From Calothrix anomala FACHB-343 (GTDB lineage: Bacteria; Cyanobacteriota; Cyanobacteriia; Cyanobacteriales; Nostocaceae), in the NCBI RefSeq assembly GCF_014696435.1, contig NZ_JACJQG010000002.1, positions 34,935-74,934 on the forward strand: 40,000 bases of DNA, read 5' to 3'. The notes below the pieces were generated by a model, which saw only the letters and a program-made list of their open reading frames with translations, had not been told where the DNA came from and ran no database searches. Below are positions 9,901-18,900 of this stretch, piece by piece. Within the stretch, counting starts at the first letter, position 1; each line of letters opens with the position of its first letter. The position numbers and the translations under genes were made by a program.

Positions 9901-12900
9901 AGATATTCATACCCCATTAGTGGAAATGGGTGCAGATTCTATCGTGTTTATGGAAACAGGACAGCAGTTAGAAACCACCTTTGGGGTACGCATTCCTATC
10001 CGCAGATTATTTGAAGACTTATCTACATTAAATGCTTTAGGTACTTACATTGCCGAAAATTTACCAGCAGAATTTAAGTTTACTGATAATTTTACTGACA
10101 ATCAACCTGTATCGCCACTTGTAACTTCAGAATCACCAGATCGCCAAACTGAGAACAAAGCAGTAGAATCTGCACAGGTTAGTCAAATTCCTCCCACAGC
10201 AGAACCAGTTGGTACTACTGCTCTAGAGCGGATCATGAGTCAGCAATTACAAGCTATGTCTCAACTCATGTCCGAACAGTTAGCAGTTTTAAGAGGAGAA
10301 ACTACCACCACACCACCACAGTTTATTCCTAACCACAATCCTGTTAACTCTCCCCAGACAACGATTAAAAATACCAAACGTCAGGAATTTTGGGAAAGAC
10401 GTGAATATAAACCCACATTAAGCGATATACAAGACCAAGCTGCTAATTTTGCGGTAACTGTGCCAGCTAATAAAGAAATGCAATTTAGTCTTTATTATTT
10501 TGGCAGTTACGATGCAGCTTTTAGCAAAGACAAATACAGTCTTCTGTTTGGGGGAGTAGAATACGCAGACCAAAATGGCTTTACCTCTGTATGGCTACCT
10601 GAGCGTCACTTTCATGCTTTTGGTGGTTTTTCACCTAACCCTTCTATTCTCTGTGCTTCTCTAGCTAAAGTTACCAAAAATATACAACTGCGGGCTGGTA
10701 GTGTAGTTTTACCCCTACATCATCCTGTGCGAGTAGCCGAAGATTGGGCAATCATTGATAATATTTCTCAAGGACGAGTAGGAATTTCCTTTGCTTCCGG
10801 TTGGCATCCCCATGATTTTGTCTTTGCCCCAGAAGCTTATGATGACCGTCGAGAAATTATGTTTGAGGGCATCGAAACAGTACAAAAACTCTGGCGCGGA
10901 GAGTCAATTCAGCTACTCAGTGGTTCTGGTAACATGGCTGAAATCCGTACCTTCCCCATGCCTCAGCAAAAAGAGTTACCTGTTTGGGTGACAATTGTTA
11001 ATAACCCAGATACCTATATGAGAGCCGGGGCGCTGGGAATCGGGGTTTTGACTAACCTGATGGGGCAAACTGTAGAAGATTTAGCCCGTAATATTGCCAT
11101 ATATCGAGAATCATTAGCACGTCATGGTTTTGATCCTAGTGTTGGACAGGTGACGGTATTACTACATACTTTTATGGGTACGGATTTACAACAAGTAAGA
11201 GAAACAGCCCGTAAACCATTCCAGCAGTATCTCACCTCTTCTATTGGTCTATTTCAAGCTTTAGTCAAAAGCCAAGGTTTGCAGATGGCCGATTTTGAAA
11301 AGATGAGTGAGGATGATAAGGATTATATTCTGTCCGCAGCTTATGACCGTTATGTACAAACCAGTGCTTTAATTGGTACTGCAGATTCTTGTTTGGAAAT
11401 TGTGGAAAAACTCCTAGCTATTGGGGTTGATGAAATTGCTTGTTTAATTGATTTTGGGGTGGAAGAAGAAGCTGTATTAGCCAGCTTACCCCATGTTAAG
11501 ACTTTGAAGGAACGGGTGAATCAGGTTAAAACCGATGATTGGTTTTATGGTTTAGATTGGCAACAAGAACCCCGCGATCTTCCTTTAAACTCATCTTTAA
11601 AATCTGGACATTGGTTAATTTTTGCTGATGTTCAAGGTGTGGGAACAGCTTTAGCACAACAATTACAGTTAAATGGTCAAACTTATACGCTGATTTATCC
11701 CCAAGGAAGTGGTATTTCTTTATCTAATGGGGATTGGGAAATAGATCCTACGGACTCAAAAGCTTTTAACCAACTTTTACAAAATATTTTACAAAATCAA
11801 CTTACAGATGGTGAACTTCCCCTCAGTGGAGTTATTTATCTTTGGAGTCTCAATAGTCCATTATCTGAGCAGTTGACAGTTGATTTACTCCAGCAAACTC
11901 AAGAAACGGTTTGCGGTGGTGTATTGCATTTAGTCCAAGCTTTAGACAAGCAACCAGAGTTAAAAAATGCTTGTCCGCAAATGTGGCTGATTACACAACA
12001 AGCGGTTGCATCAGACAATACCGCACCAACAGGCATTGCTCAAGCATCACTATGGGGTTTTGGTAGAGTTATAGCCCTAGAATATCCAGAATTGTGGGGT
12101 GGTCTGATTGATATTGATAGGTCTAATACTACATCACAAGCAGAGCAAATATGGTTAGAAATTAGAGCGCAACTGGGGAAAAAATCACAAGCTGAAGACC
12201 AGGTTTTATTACACCAAGAAAAACGCTATGTTGCCCGGTTAGTCCGTCAAACTGTGAGTAATTCTAGTGTTGATAATTCCCCTGTTAATTTGGACTTAGA
12301 CGGCACTTATTTAATTACAGGTGGTTTGGGTGCTTTAGGTATTCGGTTAGCTCAGTGGTTGGTTGATCGAGGAGTGCGTCATTTAGTTTTGTGTGGTCGC
12401 TCTGCTCCTGCTGCTAAAATACAAAAAACTATCACCCAGTTACAGCAACAGGGTATACAGGTGATGGTGGCTCAGGTAGATATATCTAAATTTAATGATT
12501 TATCTGAGTTGTTACAACAAATTCAAGGTAAAAATCAAGACAACTGGTTGCCACTGCAAGGGATTTTTCACTTAGCTGGGTTGTTGGATGATGGGGCGTT
12601 ATTCCAGCAGACTTGGAAACGGTTTGATGCTGTATTTGCTCCTAAGATTTTAGGTACTTGGAATCTTCATGTTTTAACTCAAGAACTGCCACTGAAACAT
12701 TTTGTTCTGTTTTCTTCTATTGCTTCTTTATTGGGTTCTCCCGGACAAGCTAACCATGCGGCGGCTAATGCTTTTATTGATGCCTTAGCTCATTATCGTC
12801 GAGCTAATGGGTTGCCTGCTGTGAGTATAAATTGGGGTTCTTGGACAGAAATCGGGAAAGTTACTCGATTAGAAGGAGCGCAACAACAACGCTTGCAAGA

Positions 12901-15900
12901 ATATTTTGATAAACTGTGGCGTAGTTATGGCATGGAAGCGATCGCCCCTAAAGCCGGTTTACACGCTCTGGAACAACTACTCAATCAACCTCCTGTACAA
13001 GTTGGGGTATTTCCCATTGATTGGCCTAAGTTCTGTGAGTCTCTGGGGGTTGAACAAAAACCTTTACTACTCTATTTAACCCAACCGGAAACAACATCAA
13101 CAACCACTTCCCCTATTAGGATTCCCTTAAGTGAAGCTCAAAAGCAACTGTGGCTATTAGCGCAAATTGTGGAAGAAGGGTCAATTGTTTATAATGACAA
13201 CGTAAACTTAGAATTACTTGGTGATTTACACTTAGAAATTTTAAAACAAAGTATACAGACTGTTGTGGAACGACATGAAGCCCTCCGCACGGTTATTGAT
13301 CCTCAAGGAGAATGGCAAGAGATTTTACCAACTCTCAAAGTAGATATTCCCTTGATTGACCTTTCCAGTACCAAGGATGAACAGGAGCAATGTTTACAAG
13401 ATTGGTTGATTCAACGCAGTCAAAAGCCCTTAAATCTAACCACAGATCCTTTATTTCAAGTGGAAGTGTTGAAACTAGGACAACAGCATCATGTTCTAGT
13501 AATCACTGTTCACCACATTATTTCCGATGGTTGGTCTATAGAAAATATCCTCAAAGAAATTGCTCTGATTTATTCTGCGCTTGGCGATGGTGCGGATGTT
13601 AAATTAAATACTCCTCTGCAATTTCGGCAATTTCTCCACTGGCAAACTAACCGCAGCCAAAGTGCGGAAATGTTAAGCCATGAGTCCTTTTGGTTAGAGC
13701 AGTTTGCTGATTCTATTCCCGTGCTAGAACTGCCTACAGATCGGCCTCGTCCCCTCCGCAAAACTTATCATGGCAGCCGTCAAACCCGTATCACTCCACC
13801 CCAGCTGCGGGAGCAGTTACGGCAGTTTAGTCAGGGTCAAGGATGTACATTATTTATGACTTTGCTGGCTGCCCATTTTGTGTTGCTGCATCGTCTTAGT
13901 AGACAAGCAGAAATCGTTGTAGGTATTCCTACGGCTGGACGGTTTCTTGCTGGTAGCGAAACAATGGTGGGATATGCAACGCATTTATTACCTATCCGCA
14001 GTTGTTTTCCAGCAGACCTGTCTTTCTCAGCTTATTTGGCGGAAATTCGCAGCAGATTATTGGCAGCTTATGAACATCAAGATTATCCTTTTGCCCAGTT
14101 ATTAAAGCAACTCAATCTGAAAAGTGATAGTAGCCGTACTCCTTTGGTATCTGTGACATTTAACTTAGAACCGCCTGTACCTACAGTATCGTTGAATAAT
14201 TTAGACACGGCAATGATGTCACGGCTTGTTAGCTTTACTCACTTTGACTTGCATTTTGTAGTGATTGACATGGGCGATCGCCTAATTTTGGAGGCAAAAT
14301 ATAATACAGATTTGTTTAATGATGCTACCATTGAGCGTTGGTTAGGTCATTTCCAAACTTTGTTAGAGGAAATCATTACCCAGCCAAATCAAGAGATTGC
14401 CACTTTACCATTATTAACCCAGTCAGAGCGTCAGCAATTATTAATGGACTGGAATGCTGAGTTAACACAATATTCCTCAGCACCTTTAGAAACAGAATGT
14501 GTTTATCAACGCTTTTCAAAGCAGGTTAGTCAAAATCCTGATGCTTTAGCAGTGGTATTTGCAAATCAGCAGTTGACATACCAGGAGTTAAACACAAGAG
14601 CAAATCAACTTGCTAACCATTTACGTAACTTAAATATTCCATCAGGTGGCCGCATAGTTCTTTACATTGAGCGATCGCTTGAAAGTTTAATTGCTATATT
14701 GGGAATCTGGAAAGCAGGAGGAGTTTATATTCCCCTGGATGCTGCTAACACACCTCCCCAGCGTTTAGCGCTACTGCTAGAGGATATTCAACCAACTGCA
14801 CTGTTAACTCAAACATCCTACAAATCAAATTTACCCACTTCCCTTTGTTGTCCGGTGGTATTTTTGGACAAACAAGGGAATGATAACCCACAAAATCAAT
14901 CACCAGAAATTCTCGACCCTAATTTTCCCCAGGTAACACCCGATGACCTAGCCTATATTATCTTTACCTCTGGTTCTACAGGTCAGCCCAAGGGAGTAGC
15001 CATTAAACATCGTCATCTAAGTGCTTATACTACCAGCATTACTCAGCGTCTAGGTTTGCAGTCTGGTATGAGTTTTGCGACAGTATCCACTTTTGCTGCG
15101 GATTTGGGTTATACCGCCATTTTCCCCACATTGTGTACAGGTGGAACATTACATATCATTACTCAGGAAACGGCGACTGACCCTCAAGCCTTAGCTACAT
15201 ACTTTAGCCAACATCAAATTGATTGTTTGAAGATTGTACCTGCTCACCTCAACGCTTTGTTAGAAGGTGAAAAATCATCACAAGTATTACCCCGACACAC
15301 CCTAGTTTTAGGAGGAGATACCCTGACTTGGGAGTTGGTGGGGAAAATTCAAAATTTAGCGCCGCAATGTCGGATTTTTAATCACTATGGGCCGAGTGAA
15401 ACGACAGTAGGGGTTTTAACTTTCCTGGTAGACGATAGGCATTCGCCAAAATCATCTGCTACTGTTCCTTTAGGCCGTCCCCTGCCTCATGTCTGCGTTT
15501 ACATTTTGGATCAGTATCAGCAACCCGCCCCCGTTGGAGTTCCCGGAGAACTTTATATTGGGGGTGCAAGTGTAGCGCAAGGATACCTAAATCGACCAGA
15601 ATTAACAACCGAGAAATTTATTTCCAATCCTTTTAGCAATGAACCAGGTGCGCGTCTCTATAAAACTGGAGATTTAGCCCGCTATCTCCCAGATGGTAAT
15701 ATTGAGTTCCTGGGCAGAATTGACAATCAAGTAAAAATACGGGGTTATCGCCTGGAATTAGGTGAAGTAGAATCTGTGTTAAATCAGCATCCAGGTGTGC
15801 AACAAGCTGTAGTTTTGGCATGGGAACAAGAACAAACAGGAGAAAAACGTTTAGTAGCTTATTGGGTGGCGGTAAAAACAGAGGGTGTTAGTGTTTCCTC

Positions 15901-18900
15901 CCAAGAATTACGTCAGTTTTTACAAGCGAAACTACCTGATTACATGATACCGAGTAGTTTGATCGGGTTAGAGAATATTCCCTTAACAGCAAATGGTAAA
16001 ATAGATAGTCGAGCGTTGCCCCTGCCAGAAGAAGATTTCAGTCAAGAGGCAGATTTTATTGCTCCTCGCACACCCACAGAACAGGCGATCGCAGATATCT
16101 TTGCCACTGTTTTGCGGTTAGAATCAGTAGGTATTAACAATAACTTCTTTGAATTAGGCGGTCATTCCCTCTTAGCTACTCAGGTCATCTCTCGACTACG
16201 GGAAACCTTCCAAATTGACCTGCCTTTAGTTAGTTTGTTTACATCGCCTACCGTTGCGGGAATTGACTTAATTATTCATCAGCAAATGCAACAGGGTATA
16301 GTCAAAACTGCCCCTGCGATCGCAGCTGTACCCCGTACTTCAGACACAGAATTACCTTTAAGTTGGTCACAAGAGCGACTGTGGTTTATTGAACAATTAG
16401 AAGGGGCAAATGCTACCTATAATATGCCTGCCGCAGTTCGTCTACAAGGTAATCTGAATATTTCAGCCTTAGAACAAGCACTAGGGGAAATTGTCAAACG
16501 CCATGAAGTGCTAAGAACTGGCTTTAAGTCAGAAGATGGTAAAGCAGTACAAGTGATTTTCCCAGACGCTACACTGAGCTTACAAACAATTGACTTACAG
16601 AATTTACTTAGCTCAGAACAAGAAATCATTGTACAAAAACACATTATTGAGGAAGCAAAAACCCCCTTTGATTTGTCCCAACCTCCCTTAATGCGGGCTA
16701 CCCTGTTACAGCTTCACCCTCAATCTTACGTGATATTCATCACAATGCACCATATTGTTTCTGATGGTTGGTCAGTAAGTATTGTAGTGCGAGAGTTGTC
16801 AACTTTATATCAAGCCTTTGCCCAAAATCGCCCTTCTCCACTGCCAGACTTGAGTATTCAATATGCAGATTTTACCATCTGGCAACGTCAATGGTTGACA
16901 GGAGAAGTATTACAAACCCAATTAAATTACTGGCAAAATCAGTTAGCTCTTAATTTACCAATTTTGAATTTACCCTTAGATTATCCCTTATCTGCAAAGC
17001 AAGATGCTCGAGGCGCGCAACAGAATATATCAATTGAACCAAAACTAACTCAAGCTTTGAAAGCATTGAGTGACCAAGAAGGGGTAACTTTGTTTATGAC
17101 CCTGTTTGCGGCATTCAATGTATTATTGTCCCGTCATACAGGACAGGAAGATATCATTATTGGTTCACCAATAGCCGGACGTAATCATTTAGGTAGTGAA
17201 GATTTAGTCGGGTTCTTTATTAATACCTTACCCCTACGTACTAATCTGGCAGAAAATCCCAGTTTCCGACAATTATTAAAGCGTGTCCGGGAAGTAACAT
17301 TGGGAGCTTATACTTATCAAGATATTCCCTTTGAAAAGTTAGTAGAAGAATTACGGACAGAACGGGTATTAAATCGTCATCCTCTATTTGATGTGTTGTT
17401 CAACTTTGTCAACACACCAGAAGCAGTTCTAAACATGGGTGATTTAACTTTTCAACGTTTACCCCAACCTGAACCCTATTCTAAATTCTGGCTCACGTTT
17501 TATATTCGCCAAGTTGATGAAGGGTTAAATATTGAATTAGTTTATCGTCAAAGTTTGTTTACTGCTGAAAGGATGCAAGCTTTATTAGAGCAATTTGTGG
17601 TTTTATTAACACAAGTGGTAGAACGTCCTGATGAGACAATTCAATCTTATTCCCTCTTATCTCCTCAAACTGCGGCTTTAATACCTGATCCCTCTTTACC
17701 TTTGCCAGAACCAGACTATGAACTGGTAACAACATCATTTATTAACTGGGCTAAAAAAAGTCCTGAACAAATAGCCATCCGTCAAAATGGTAAAAAATGG
17801 ACTTATGGGGAATTAGCAACAGCAGCTGAAAACATAGCCCAAGTTTTGATGAGTCGGGGGTTAAAACAAAAAGATGTAGTGGCATTGTGGGGAGAACGTA
17901 GTTTTGGTTTAATTGCAGGTGTATTGGGGATTTTCCTGGCTGGGGGAGTGCTGTTAATTATTGATTCTAACCTGCCACCACAACGCCAAAACCTGATGTT
18001 AGAGCAAACCCAAGCGCGTTATTTAATTAGCATTGGTGAAGCAACTCAGGTTGCTCAAGTTGTGGAAAAAGAATTAAAGATTATTGCCATTAACCCTCAT
18101 ACTGCTGCAACTGTGGGAGAAACCGTTAGTAGTGATATAGCCTTACCAACTCTTGCAGCTAAAGATCCAGCCTACATCTTTTTCACCTCTGGTAGTACGG
18201 GAACACCAAAAGGAGTATTAGGGAATCATCAAGGTATTGCACACTTTATTCATTGGCAACGTCAAACTTTTGAGATTAAAGAGAGCGATCGCATTGCTCA
18301 ACTAATTGGACTTTCCTTTGATGCCATCCTCAGAGATATTTTTCTCCCCTTAACCAGTGGTGCAACCCTTTGCTTACCAGATCAAGACTATATCCCCGGT
18401 TCACCGCAAATTTTAACTTGGTTAGATCTAGAGCAAATTTCTGTTTTTCACACCGTACCAGCCATAGCTCAATCTTGGTTGCAAAACATCCCAGAAAAAG
18501 TAACATTGAGTTCATTACGTTGGGTATTCTTATCAGGAGAACCGTTAACTCAATCTTTAGTTCAACAATGGCGACAAACCTTTCCAGAAGCAGGAAATAT
18601 TGTCAATCTTTACGGTGCTACCGAAACCACAATGGTGAAATGCTTCTATCCAGTACCCCCAGAAATTCCGGCGGGAGTTATGCCTGGAGGTTGGCCTTTA
18701 CCTGACACTCAAATTTTGATTTTAAACGCTAAAAACCAACTTTGTGGAATTGGTGAAATTGGGGAAATAGTCGTGCGTACTCCCTTCCGCACCTTGGGTT
18801 ATATTCAACCAACTCTCTCTCCCTTTGTCCTCAATCCATTCCGCCAAGATCCCCAAGATTTGGTATATTACACAGGCGATAATGGTCGCTATCGTCCTGA

